A DNA stretch of 64,000 nucleotides. It comes from Nemertoderma westbladi (lineage: Eukaryota > Animalia > Xenacoelomorpha). Below, in pieces: positions 1 through 11,465 of the stretch. Made by a program: the position numbers and the translations under genes. Every line of letters starts with the position of its first letter. Position 1 is the stretch's first letter. The DNA is taken from positions 1-64,000 of the forward strand of contig JAUCBJ010007324.1 in the NCBI GenBank assembly GCA_032718475.1, read 5' to 3'. The notes under the pieces were generated by a model. It had not been told where the DNA came from, made no database searches, and saw only the letters and a list, made by a program, of their open reading frames with translations.

Positions 1-1969
1 ACAACAACGTAGCCAGTTGTGAGTGAGTTAATGAAATATAATTAAATAAGGGAGACAACAACGTAGCCAGTTGTGAGTGAGTTAATGAAATATAATTAAA
101 TAAGGAGGAGAACAACAACGTAGCCAGTTGTGAGTGAGTTAATGAAATATAATTAAATAAGGGAGACAACAACGTAGCCAGTTGTGAGTGAGTTAATGAA
201 ATATAATTAAATAAGGGAGACAACAACGTAGCCAGTTGTGAGTGAGTTAATGAAATATAATTAAATAAGGGGAACAACAACGTAGCCAGTTGTGAGTGAG
301 TTAATGAAATATAATTAAATAAGGGAGACAACAACGTAGCCAGTTGTGAGTGAGTTAATGAAATATAATTAAATAAGGGAGACAACAACGTAGCCAGTTG
401 TGAGTGAGTTAATGAAATATAATTAAATAAGGGAGACAACAACGTAGCCAGTTGTGAGTGAGTTAATGAAATATAATTAAATAAGGGAGACAACAACGTA
501 GCCAGTTGTGAGTGAGTTAATGAAATATAATTAAATAAGGGAGACAACAACGTAGCCAGTTGTGAGTGAGTTAATGAAATATAATTAAATAAGGAGGAGA
601 ACAACGTAGCCAGTTGTGAGTGAGTTAATGAAATATAATTAAATGAGGAGAACAACAACGTAGCCAGTTGTGAGTGAGTTAATGAAATATAATTAAATAA
701 GGAGGAGAACAACAACGTAGCCAGTTGTGAGTGAGTTAATGAAATATAATTAAATAAGGAGGAGAACAACAACGTAGCCAGTTGTGAGTGAGTTAATGAA
801 ATATAATTAAATAAGGAGGAGAACAACGTAGCCAGTTGTGAGTGAGTTAATGAAATATAATTAAATGAGGAGAACAACAACGTAGCCAGTTGTGAGTGAG
901 TTAATGAAATATAATTAAATAAGGAGGAGAACAACAACGTAGCCAGTTGTGAGTGAGTTAATGAAATATAATTAAATAAGGAGGAGAACAACAACGTAGC
1001 CAGTTGTGAGTGAGTTAATGAAATATAATTAAATAAGGAGAACAACAACGTAGCCAGTTGTGAGTGAGTTAATGAAATATAATTAAATAAGGGAGACAAC
1101 AACGTAGCCAGTTGTGAGTGAGTTAATGAAATATAATTAAATAAGGGAGACAACAACGTAGCCAGTTGTGAGTGAGTTAATGAAATATAATTAAATAAGG
1201 GAGACAACAACGTAGCCAGTTGTGAGTGAGTTAATGAAATATAATTAAATAAGGGAGACAACAACGTAGCCAGTTGTGAGTGAGTTAATGAAATATAATT
1301 AAATAAGGGAGACAACAACGTAGCCAGTTGTGAGTGAGTTAATGAAATATAATTAAATAAGGGAGACAACAACGTAGCCAGTTGTGAGTGAGTTAATGAA
1401 ATATAATTAAATAAGGGAGACAACAACGTAGCCAGTTGTGAGTGAGTTAATGAAATATAATTAAATAAGGGAGACAACAACGTAGCCAGTTGTGAGTGAG
1501 TTAATGAAATATAATTAAATAAGGGAGACAACAACGTAGCCAGTTGTGAGTGAGTTAATGAAATATAATTAAATAAGGGTACAACAACGTAGCCAGTTGT
1601 GAGTGTGTTAATGAAATATAATTAAATAAGGGAGACAACAACGTAGCCAGTTGTGAGTGAGTTAATGAAATATAATTAAATAAGGGAGACAACAACGTAG
1701 CCAGTTGTGAGTGTGTTAATGAAATATAATTAAATAAGGAGGAGAACAACAACGTAGCCAGTTGTGAGTGAGTTAATGAAATATAATTAAATAAGGGAGA
1801 CAACAACGTAGCCAGTTGTGAGTGTGTTAATGAAATATAATTAAATAAGGAGGAGAACAACAACGTAGCCAGTTGTGAGTGAGTTAATGAAATATAATTA
1901 AGGGAGACAACAACGTAGCCAGTTGTGAGTGAGTTAATGAAATATAATTAAATAAGGGAGACAACAACG
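1..1969. repeat. Tandem satellite, 54-bp unit with 57-bp variants, about 36 copies, continues beyond left edge
   Basis: Unit ACAACAACGTAGCCAGTTGTGAGTGAGTTAATGAAATATAATTAAATAAGGGAG repeated head-to-tail with no spacers. Confidence 0.98.
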
Positions 1970-2190
1970 CAGTGCCTCCTCGAACTCTGAGATCTCGGTC
2001 AGTTTCCGGTCGTCTCGGTCGACCTTCCTCGCCTTCGCCAAGCAGTCCCGGTGGGTTGGAAGGTCGAATTCCTCGGTGCCGGCCATCGCACCACTCAGGA
2101 ACCGGGTCCCGTGCAAGGATACGAGATATGACGGTTTTGCCTCGGCTACCGGATTTCGCAGTCCTAGACCTCATCGTTGTGGGGACAAAC
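1970..2190 (-). mobile_element. Fragment of an RLE-type (CRE/R2-group) non-LTR retrotransposon, RT thumb region
   Basis: Minus frame reads SLSPQR*GLGLRNPVAEAKPSYLVSLHGTRFLSGAMAGTEEFDLPTHRDCL, matching the LPxxxGGLGxxNP..A...Y.AS motif; GC-rich island in AT-rich DNA. Confidence 0.6.
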
Positions 2191-2271
2191 TAAACAGTCT
2201 ATAATGTCATTAATACTGTAGAACAAACCGGATGGAAGTGTATCCTCAAAATTTTTTTTCCCTTTTTTTAA

Positions 2272-2469
2272 TTATATAACATTCTCTACATTGTTATACA
2301 TGGATGGTAACGTGGCTAAGTAAAATATACTTTTTATACCAACCACCCAGTATTCGTTTGGATTTAAGGCACCATGAAAATTGATCTGATAATTACTATT
2401 AGTATTATGGGGAAAATCAATTGGACACGAGTTACTTGGTAGTCTAACATAGAATTCATCCATCACCAA
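2272..2469 (-). pseudogene. N-terminal fragment of Polinton/Maverick (adintovirus) PX-like minor capsid/penton protein
   Basis: MDEFYVRLPSNSCPIDFPHNTNSNYQINFHGALNPNEYWVVGIKSIFY resembles the conserved FYxxLPSNSSxxxFPxNTxSxF...W.VGLxxIxY N-terminus of Polinton PX; truncated. Confidence 0.6.
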
Positions 2470-2747
2470 CAGGTATTAACTTAAGTGTTATAACAGTGCG
2501 ACCACCGTTGAAATTAATTAATTCACCTTGACCGTCACTTAAAGTAATTAAGATTGTTTTTAGTTTTTTATTCAACAATGAGTAATAGCAAATGCTCTCT
2601 ATAGAATTATATCCTCACAAAAGCCGTGAAATTTCAAAATTTTAATTATTTGGAATTAATTTGCATTATTTGATAGGTTCATGTTATAAAGATTACATTA
2701 AGTTCTCATTTGCATTTTGTATAGCTATTTGTACAACATTGTTCAAG

Positions 2748-2830
2748 TGGTTCAGTAGCTCAGTTGGTTATATGCGTTAGACAATCGTTTGGTAGGTATC
2801 GAGTTCAAATCCTAGCAGGTGTAAATTGTT
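2748..2830 (+). mobile_element. tRNA-derived SINE head or tRNA pseudogene
   Basis: Pol III A box TAGCTCAGTTGG (2756-2767) and B box GAGTTCAAATCC (2801-2812) at tRNA-like spacing; acceptor and anticodon stems do not pair well. Confidence 0.55.
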
Positions 2831-5593
2831 TTTGTGCCAATTTTCAACTTATTTGAATTGACCGCTACGATTGAATTGTATCTGCTCAAGGTAGATTAAC
2901 CAATATGATTGCAGTTATTTGTCAGTAACCAATGTCGTGCAAGTTATGCGTTTGCTGGACCAATAGTTATCTTTAAAAACGTGATGGAACCTATAGAATA
3001 ATCTAGATTTATCTAATTGTTGGCAGCACTAATTTACTATAAAAGGTGCGTTTGTTCAATTAGTTATCACTTTGTTACACCTTTATGAACTTCATTCTTG
3101 ATCTAATCACTTATGCAGTAGTTATCACCTAGCCTTATTGAATTCACTGCATTTGTTAATTCATTTGTATTTTATTTCGTAATTTGTTCGTTATCTTGTA
3201 ATAAAGTTAGAATCATTGCTACATCTGTTTTAACATGTTTCACCACGGTGAACCCAACTGAGGGACGGATGGCAAGTTAAGCAGCAGGCCGCAGCAATGA
3301 ATGGGAATATCGGCGGAATGTAGAAAGGAGACCACCCACAATATTGATTCATAGTTCTTCGCCCATCGCCTGAAAGGTTAGACAGCGTTTGATGCCTTGC
3401 TACCTAAGTGTAAGACCTGAGATCAAAGGTAGAAGTAGTGACACACTGTGCACCAAAATTTAAAATTCAGGAACTGTACTGTTTTGATTCTGGCAGAACC
3501 CGCGGTACCCCTTCATATTCCTACGGGGAGGAAAGAAAGAGAGATTAGATATAAGTACACAGATAGGACGCAGGCACATCATTACGGGGCATGTACATTA
3601 GTAGGGTACATCAAAACTGTACACCTAACTTGTTTGCCGTGTATAGGTGCGTTGGTGGCTTATTTAGTAGTACAACGGTGTCCATTGCTTGTATTGATGT
3701 CTGTAGGCCAGGAGAAGGTTACTGTGTTTTGCCTGAATCAGGATTGTACCGTTCAAGCGGTTGGGCAGTTTATTGTACTAGGCGCATTACAATTAGGGCA
3801 ATTTGGGATACTAACACCTACCGTGTCCCCGCCGACATTCTGATAAGAAGTTGCCCTGCCCACCTAGGCAACCAAAATTCTAGATAGGAGACCAGGCTAG
3901 CTATTGTAACTGTATGCCTACTGTAGTAAACTAACACATTTCTTCTTAGTATTAGGGACCTGGTAGATTTAAATTGCCGAATTCCGGGTGTAGATACTAA
4001 CTTTATGCATGAAATTGAGTCCTGGAAATACACAAAAGGGGTGCCTTATCATCTGTAAGTATTAGACCTACAGACCGCAAAATTAGAACATTTGTAAAAT
4101 GCACACCGGACCCAGTAAATTATATAATGTGAAAGGGATACAAAACTAAATTTCGATTATAAAATTCAAAACACACACGCGTTAGGAATTATTTACACCT
4201 CGAAATATATAAAATAATTTTGTCCACGCCGCAGTTCGCCCGCTAGTTAGACATTTAGCTAGCAACCCCCACCCCATATAAATCACACTGTGGCACAGTA
4301 TACGAACGCCTTTAGTCCGTCAGCAAGTCAGCACGATTGTTAGGATTTGCTGCGCGGGATTTTGTATTATCGAAGTTTGTCCGTTCGTAGACTGTTTTCT
4401 GCCTCACCGGTTAAAGAGACCTATACTGCAATAGATTCGCTTACTTAGAGTTTACTGTTTTGGTGAGAAGGTTGGATTTATGTTTTATGATTCACAGACT
4501 TTACAGTAGGATATTGCAGGATTCACATATAGTAGAGATGTGATTTCGGAATCTACAAATAGTAGGAATATATTTTACTGAACTATAGTTCAGTAGGACT
4601 AAAATTATTTGAAAATTTGTATTTCGAAGTAAAAATTTGTATTTGATTAGCTAAGTGCTAATTTTTGAATAAAATTCATATTTTGAACCGTATGTAAAAT
4701 ATTTTGGAATTAAATACCGGTGTTTAAAAAGGCTTTAAATACCATATTGTACCGGTACAAAATTTTTCGTAAAGTAAAACCAAACTCTTTTGTTTTTCAG
4801 GATTCAGAGCTCATTTCTAGACTGTAACGAGAGCAAGACCGTGTTTAGCAAGTGTGGGAGATTGATAACTCAACAATTTTGGTTGGGGAAAATCGCACAT
4901 CGTCCGCAAGGCTGGAAACGGAAAGGTTCACGTCCGGTTTATATCTAGGAATCTGTTTTTCTGGAGAATTTTGGAGGGGGTAAGTTCGAAAAGTTGCATT
5001 AATCAGTTAGGCAGTACCGTATTAGTTAAAATTATTGTGAGTTCCACTGTCTCAAGTATTTGCATTCTGTACGATTTCTTTGTTTATTGCTGAATTAGTC
5101 CGTGTTATTTGTGTTTGATTTACAATTTAATAACGTATATCGTTATCCGTTATTATAAAGTTGGCCGATAGGCTAATTTAACTAACTTATACCGTGACAT
5201 TTATTTGCTGTAAAATTGGCAAAAAGTAGGCTAATTTTATCCATTTGCTATAAAATCGGCCAGTAGGCTAATTTTATATGTTTGAAATGTAATTAGTACC
5301 GTTTTGATATAAATACGGTAAGTTTGATACTTTGACACTTACATTTTACTTGACTTACAACTACCGAAATGAGTGACAAACAGGACTATACAAAGAATAC
5401 ACCTACCGACTATGACTCATGTGACGCGGATAAGTCAGGGAAGACTCGCGAGCCTGCCGAACCAACACCGTGTGCATCACCAGTACATCCAACGGGAGTA
5501 CTGGATGCCGTAGTGGGAGGCGACGGCAGGACCGAGGATTTTCTAACTGTTCCGCAGCCTAGATACAGGGAAACGGACATGGATAGTTCAGTA

Positions 5594-7363
5594 CTACTAC
5601 TACTAGGATCGGCATGCTGCATTGCAGCTGCATTTTTAAGAATGCTGTGCCGGCTTGTCAACAAAATTGCACCGCCACAACTCCCTATCACCCATGACAT
5701 TTGCTAGATCATCCGCATCTTTAAGGCCAGTGTCCTTTAAGATGCGTCTCAAGAAAGTCATGGGCTGTCCACCATGCTTATTCACTCCATGAGGCTGCCA
5801 AAGTACAAGATTATGCACTGGCTGGTCCTCACGGCGAAAGCAATGTCCTGCAAAGCGGAGGCGATTTTGTTCTAGTGTCAAGCTTGGGGGAACCAATGAG
5901 ACACCTCCAATGTTATATAGTGTCTGGTTGGAGATGTGTGCATTGTACTTGACACAATGTACCCGGCGTAGCATTCTTGTGAATGTGCCATCCAGAGATT
6001 TGGTATCCTCAGCAGTTAGAGCCCAGCATGGACTCCCGTAGAGGAGTACTGGAACTACTGCTGCTCTAAATAATCGGACCTTAAGTTTCCGATTAATTCT
6101 AGGTGACTTCCAAATCCTGGAAAGCCTATTCAAGGCTGCCCATGCCTTTCCCTTACGTATTCGAAGGTCCTCACCTGACTTCCGGATCCATGATCCCAGG
6201 TAACAGAAGTCGTCCACATGCTCAAGCATACCATCCTTTGAGCTTATGCTCATCCGATCAGAGACTTGCTGAGGACTTTCAAAGTTAACTGTCAGAATTT
6301 TGGTCTTTCTGGAGTTAATAAAAAGACCAACACTAGAAGCAGCATGTTCTAATGAGCTGAGGAGCCGCTGGGCTCCCTCTAATGATTCTGAGAGTACTCC
6401 TAAGTCATCAGCAAAGTCTAGATCAGTTAGGTACTTGGCAGGATTTCCTCGACTTCTGGAGCCAGTAGGTGGAGTTATCATCACCCCATCATCATTATGA
6501 TGATCTAAGGACATGCGTAGAACATAGTCAACCACAATAATGAACAAGAATGGTGCAAGTGTGTCTCCTTGGAGGACGCCCCATAACACTTCAAATGGTT
6601 CTGTGTCACCATCAACAGTAGACACAAATGTTGTCGAACCATCGTATACTGATCTGATTGCTGCAATAATTTCATCAGGAATCCCATATAATGAAAGTAT
6701 GCTGAACATACGTGAGCGAGAGACTGAATCAAAGGCCTTGAAGAAGTCAACAAAGATAACAGCCAGATGCCTGTCTTTCTTTTTTGATAACTCTTCAATT
6801 ATCCTTCTAAGTGCCAAAATGGGCTCCATGGTCCCACGACCTTTACGGAACCCATTCTGATTTCCACGTAGCAGTCTCTCAATGGGATCCCTGATGCGAT
6901 TTAATAGAATTCTATTGTATAGTTTTGCAGCAATCGAGATCAATGAGATTCCCCGAAAAGAACCATAGAGTGTTAGGTTGCCCTTCTTGGGAACTGGCAC
7001 CAACTTATTTGTTTTCATTTCTTGTGGGACTCTTGTTGTACGGTACATGTCTACTATGATGGGATAGATGAGCTTTAAACACTCAGGTATTTTAAAGACC
7101 TCAGGGGGAACACCATCTACTCCACTGGCACGATTGGTCTTAATGCTCTTTGCAGCAGCCTTCACTTCTGCAAAGGAGATATCGCCAATGGGAATATCTG
7201 GGAGTACAGACTCAGACACTTTTACTTCTATAAAGTTATCAGGCAATACCCTGTCATTATTGAGGAGCTTTTCAAAGTGGGCTTTCCAACCATTGAGGCG
7301 ATCGGCTGGTGATTCAGCCTTAACCTTGGTGGTTGGTTGGCTTTTCCGCCCAGTAAGCAGATT
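5594..7363 (-). mobile_element. 5'-truncated RTE-clade LINE (family 1) inserted in element A gag
   Basis: 12-bp TSD GATAGTTCAGTA at 5582-5593 and 7364-7375; 3' (TAG)n tail; contains RT ORF. Confidence 0.93.
5636..7246 (-). CDS. RTE-type reverse transcriptase, partial (frame open to the 5' truncation point)
   Basis: QNGFRKGRG, IFVDFFKAFDSV, GVLQGDTLAPFLF, DLDFADDL, FCYLGS. Confidence 0.9.
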   Translation of the reverse strand: MPDNFIEVKVSESVLPDIPIGDISFAEVKAAAKSIKTNRASGVDGVPPEVFKIPECLKLIYPIIVDMYRTTRVPQEMKTNKLVPVPKKGNLTLYGSFRGISLISIAAKLYNRILLNRIRDPIERLLRGNQNGFRKGRGTMEPILALRRIIEELSKKKDRHLAVIFVDFFKAFDSVSRSRMFSILSLYGIPDEIIAAIRSVYDGSTTFVSTVDGDTEPFEVLWGVLQGDTLAPFLFIIVVDYVLRMSLDHHNDDGVMITPPTGSRSRGNPAKYLTDLDFADDLGVLSESLEGAQRLLSSLEHAASSVGLFINSRKTKILTVNFESPQQVSDRMSISSKDGMLEHVDDFCYLGSWIRKSGEDLRIRKGKAWAALNRLSRIWKSPRINRKLKVRLFRAAVVPVLLYGSPCWALTAEDTKSLDGTFTRMLRRVHCVKYNAHISNQTLYNIGGVSLVPPSLTLEQNRLRFAGHCFRREDQPVHNLVLWQPHGVNKHGGQPMTFLRRILKDTGLKDADDLANVMGDRELWRCNFVDKPAQHS

Positions 7364-7375
7364 GATAGTTCAGTA

Positions 7376-10300
7376 GGAAGCCAAGAGAGCGTTGTTAGAA
7401 GAGTCAGAGGATACATGGCGCATATTACCAGGAGTATTGGAGAAGGCCAACGCATATTAGACGAGTTGACCGCTCCGATGTCCCGGTTCGAGTTTTACAC
7501 CTTACAGGTTAGAGTACAAAGTAAAGTACATAAGTCCGTAAATAACCTAATCAGTCTTCAAGATCTAGCTAGACAAAGACAGGATGCGGACACTCAGTTT
7601 AAAATCCTCGAGAAATTAATAATCGCAAGGGAGAAACTAATTCAGTTTAAGACTGCCGTTAGACTGATACAACAGGAACAAGCGGACCAGTTGCTAGCTG
7701 AGTCAGTTTCTGACGAATTATTGCAGCCCGAGGGAGAACAAGAACTGTATAGACTGGATGGACAATTGAAATATCTGACGGATCACTTACGTATGTGCGG
7801 CGAAGATGTCGGAGATTTGGAAACCGTGCTGGAGGTTACGAGGGAAGCTTCACCCGTACAGACAGAACTGGCACCAGGAATAATGGATCAATCACTGGTA
7901 AGTATTCGCAGCGAAATTGGCGAGGTGAGTATAATAACGTCAGAAATTTCTCGACAACAGCAACAGTTTTACAGACAACAACAAGAAATTCAGGAACAAA
8001 CTGAATTGTTGACGGTACAAGCGGCTGTAGAGGAGGAGAAACTACGTGTAGCAAATGTTGCGAGAATCTCTCATCTGCAAGAACAAGCCAAGTTGGAAGC
8101 AGCCGAAATGGAAAGGTTAGAGTGGGACATTGCACAACAAGCTGCAGCAGCCGAGTTAGCGCAACAGACGGCAGCGGCCGAGTTAGAGCAACAAAGGTTA
8201 GTTTCAGAAATGAGAGCCGAGTTGAAAAAACGGCAAATAAAGGCTCAATCAGCTATACAACTAGCGGAGTTCGAGGTGCAACAACAACAAATGGAACAAC
8301 GCGAGAAAGAGGTTAAACTTAATTTCGAACTCGAAAGGAAGGCGAGAGAATTAGCCAATGCCAAGGAGGGTCTGGATCTTAAAGCCCGCGATCGATCAAT
8401 GAGATCTCGAGACGGACACGATCTAGACAGGATAGAGGTAAGGCATCGCCAAATTCAGGAACGAATAAAGGAAGGAAGTGTAGGAGCACCTGAGCGAGGA
8501 CGAGAACTAATTAATGAATTATGTCAACGATTTCCTCAAGTAACTCCTATGTTTGCACCAATTACGTCTAAAAAACCTGTTTCGATTGCGAGTAGCAGCA
8601 ACATATCTCCTATCCACGATGTGACGGAGCACAGGTTTGTTATTCTGGACAAGTTTATACCACCAAGAGCAACGTCATCGCCTATTCCGTAGGTCAAGGT
8701 AAGTAACCCGCCAATTACGGGCCGTAGTAGTTTATTAGCCAGACCTACATTACTGACAACTAAACAGGTGAGTCAACCTTCAACACCCAAACCTGTCACA
8801 CACTACGTCAACCCAACTGTGTTTAGACCTACAAGGCCTTTAGATTCAAACGCCATTCTGCGACCACACATTCAGTTTACATCGCAATCTACGACTTCGA
8901 GGAAGACTTGTGAGCCTACCGAACAGCGGAGACCAGTAGACACGCGACCACTTAACCAGTTTACATCGCAATCTACGACTTCGAGGAAGACTTGTGAGCC
9001 TACCGAACACCATAGACCAGTAGACACGCGACCACTTAACCAGTTTACATCGCAATCTATGACTTCGAGGAAGACTTGTGAGCCTACCGAACAGCAGAGA
9101 CCAGTAGACGATGTTTCGAAACGAAGTGTTAGAATTCGGACAATTCGAGCATTCAACAAATTCCTTTATAAATGATCCTCCACAAAATACTCCAACACAG
9201 AAAGCGTTACAACCAACAGACGCGATCAGTACTCAACAATTCGCCAACCTAATGCGACCAGTTGTTAACAAGTTGGCCCAGATCGAGGAACGTTTAGAGG
9301 AAGCTCAAACCGATAGCTCGAGGATAAATATGGAATTCGAACACACCAGCCACCCGAAGGATCTGCAAAGGACGGTACCCTCAGGAAATATTTTGTATCA
9401 GAAAAGACGTCCAGGACAGGAGAAAACGAATTCGATTGCCACTCAAGGACGCAAAACTTTGAATGTCGCTGAAGAGATAGCTAAATTCGCAGCCAGACAA
9501 GGACTACCGGTGCAGCAACCACCAAAGTTATCCGGTAATTCTAAACATTGGCATACATTTGTGGACTACATTGAATCTCAAATCGCAGCATGTGCTTTTA
9601 CATCGAGAGAGAAGTTTAATTATCTGCTTCAGACACTGACGGGAGAACCAAAACGTCTAGCAGAGACCTTTTTCGGTGTACCAGACGCCTTTGAGTTAGC
9701 CTATGATCGTTTAACTTCGATTTACGGCAGTACAGTAAGTATGGCCAAGTCAGTAATAGAAGAACTCTGTAAAGGGAGGGCCATTACCAAACCTGTGGAC
9801 TTATTGAAATTAGCCGATGAAATTAAGAACGCCATTACGACTTTACGGTCAATCGGACAACTAGACTACGCAAACACTCCTACCTACAGTCCTATTGAAA
9901 ATAATTGTAAGACTACACCATCGACTTCATAGGGAGTGGAGGAAGATCGAATACCAGCGAGAAGAGACTGGTGGGTTTTTAAAGTTGGAAGACCGTTACC
10001 TACTAATATCCAGGGAAGCAGTGGTTGAGACTCGGTCGAACTACACAGACCAACATATTGTAGCCGAGGCAATAACACTGCCATCTTCTAACAGACAAAA
10101 ACCACAGATGACATCCACAAGCACTTACGCCACACCGACAGAAACCCAACAATTTTCGGACGGTTATAAAGTGTTCACACCAATAGGGATCAAACAGAGT
10201 AGACAGCAACTAAGTGCCGACTTCAGTGGTTGTCAATACTGCGAAAGAATAGGAAAGTGGCATACTAGTCATAAATTAAGAGGATGTAGACTATTCCGTG

Positions 10301-10515
10301 AGTTAAACTCTGAAGAACGACGGCTACAAATACGGTCATTAGATTCTTGTTGGAGGTGTACACAACACGGACATGTCCGTAAAGATTGTCCAAATACGGA
10401 CACCTGTCCTTCTTGTGGACGCAACCACGACGCGTTACTCCACACAGATAGTGAATACCCAGAAGACCCAGAACACCCAGAACAGGGAACACCCAGAAGC
10501 AGCCGCGAAATGTAA
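7376..10515 (+). pseudogene. Element A gag: coiled-coil, capsid-like (DUF1759-type) region and zinc knuckles; one stop and frameshifts
   Basis: PPKLSGNSKHWHTFVDYIES...EKFNYLLQTLTGEPKRL; knuckles CWRCTQHGHVRKDC and CPSCGRNHDALLH as in BEL/Pao gag; 84-bp x3 tandem repeat at 8873-9110. Confidence 0.85.
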
Positions 10516-11344
10516 TGCTGCATATAAAACACAAGAATCGAAAACAACACCAACTTTTGTGACGCATATACGGGATTGTTTCCCAGAACAATCCGGGTCT
10601 TCAGATGAAGAGTCTGAAGACGACAACGTGTATTTTAATACTGGGGACAAACAACCATCAATTGCGCTTCTAACACCTGATCAACTGAAAGGATTCAGTG
10701 TAATTCCTGTCAAGATTACGGGCACCAAGGGGAGCAAACGTATTTACGCCATTCTAGACTCAGCCTCATCTCACAGCTATGTGGATGAGAAGGTAGCTGA
10801 CGTCGTAACGGACCTTCAACAAGGTAAGAATGTCAGATATACCGTAAGTAGTATGCATGGACAACGTGCAATACCAGTGACAAGAGTTAAGTTGAACCTA
10901 GACACCCTTCTACCAAAATCGCAACATAGCGAAAAGGAGAGGTCTTTGCTTCCTTTTAGGGATTTAACCTTTGCGGCAACAAAGGACTTTAGTAACCTAC
11001 TAGGTCCAGTGCCAGAACAATCCTTGGAGGACCGTAAGTATTTTAGACACCTTGGTGTACCAGAATGTCCTGTTAATTACAGATCAGTAGCGATGTTGAT
11101 CGGGACTGACCAATTCAACTTACATCAAGTGTGGGAAACCAGACCATCGGTAGTAGTAGCAGGAAACGCTTACGCCTGTAGAATTCCGATAGGTTGGTAT
11201 ACTCGAGCGCCTGTGCGCACACTAGATATGAGTGATGAGGAAGATGATGTACAAAGTACATGTAGTTTATTAACTACAACTTTGTCTCATTCTTTTTCAA
11301 ACGAAAGAGACTATACTACGCGACAGTCGACGAGACATGACAAT
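10373..11344 (+). pseudogene. Element A aspartic protease region
   Basis: VIPVKI...IYAILDSASSHSYV and MLIGTD...ACRIPIGW, the Pao peptidase pattern. Confidence 0.85.
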
Positions 11345-11424
11345 CTAAGTCGCAATAGAGTTTAAATTACTAAGACGAGTTGGTAGAATGTTGAAACCAT
11401 AATAAAATGAATTTACAGTGCAAT

Positions 11425-11465
11425 TATGGACGTTTCGTTATTTACTAATAACATCATCAGCGTAA
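11425..11465 (-). ncRNA. Minimal hammerhead ribozyme motif in Penelope 3' pLTR
   Basis: Reverse complement of the same motif with one stem I mismatch (CATA instead of CGTA). Confidence 0.75.

Noticed and set aside
1-1969. CRISPR-like regular repeats (also 49366-50165, 52467-56165, 56360-61150)
   Set aside because: Head-to-tail units with no unique spacers, no cas genes, eukaryotic context
2748-2830. Functional tRNA gene
   Set aside because: A and B boxes are present but a cloverleaf cannot be formed convincingly
3236-5368. 5' LTR of element A starting at TGTTTCACC
   Set aside because: Position is plausible, but no second LTR or TSD in the window to fix boundaries; the small ORFs inside have no recognisable motifs
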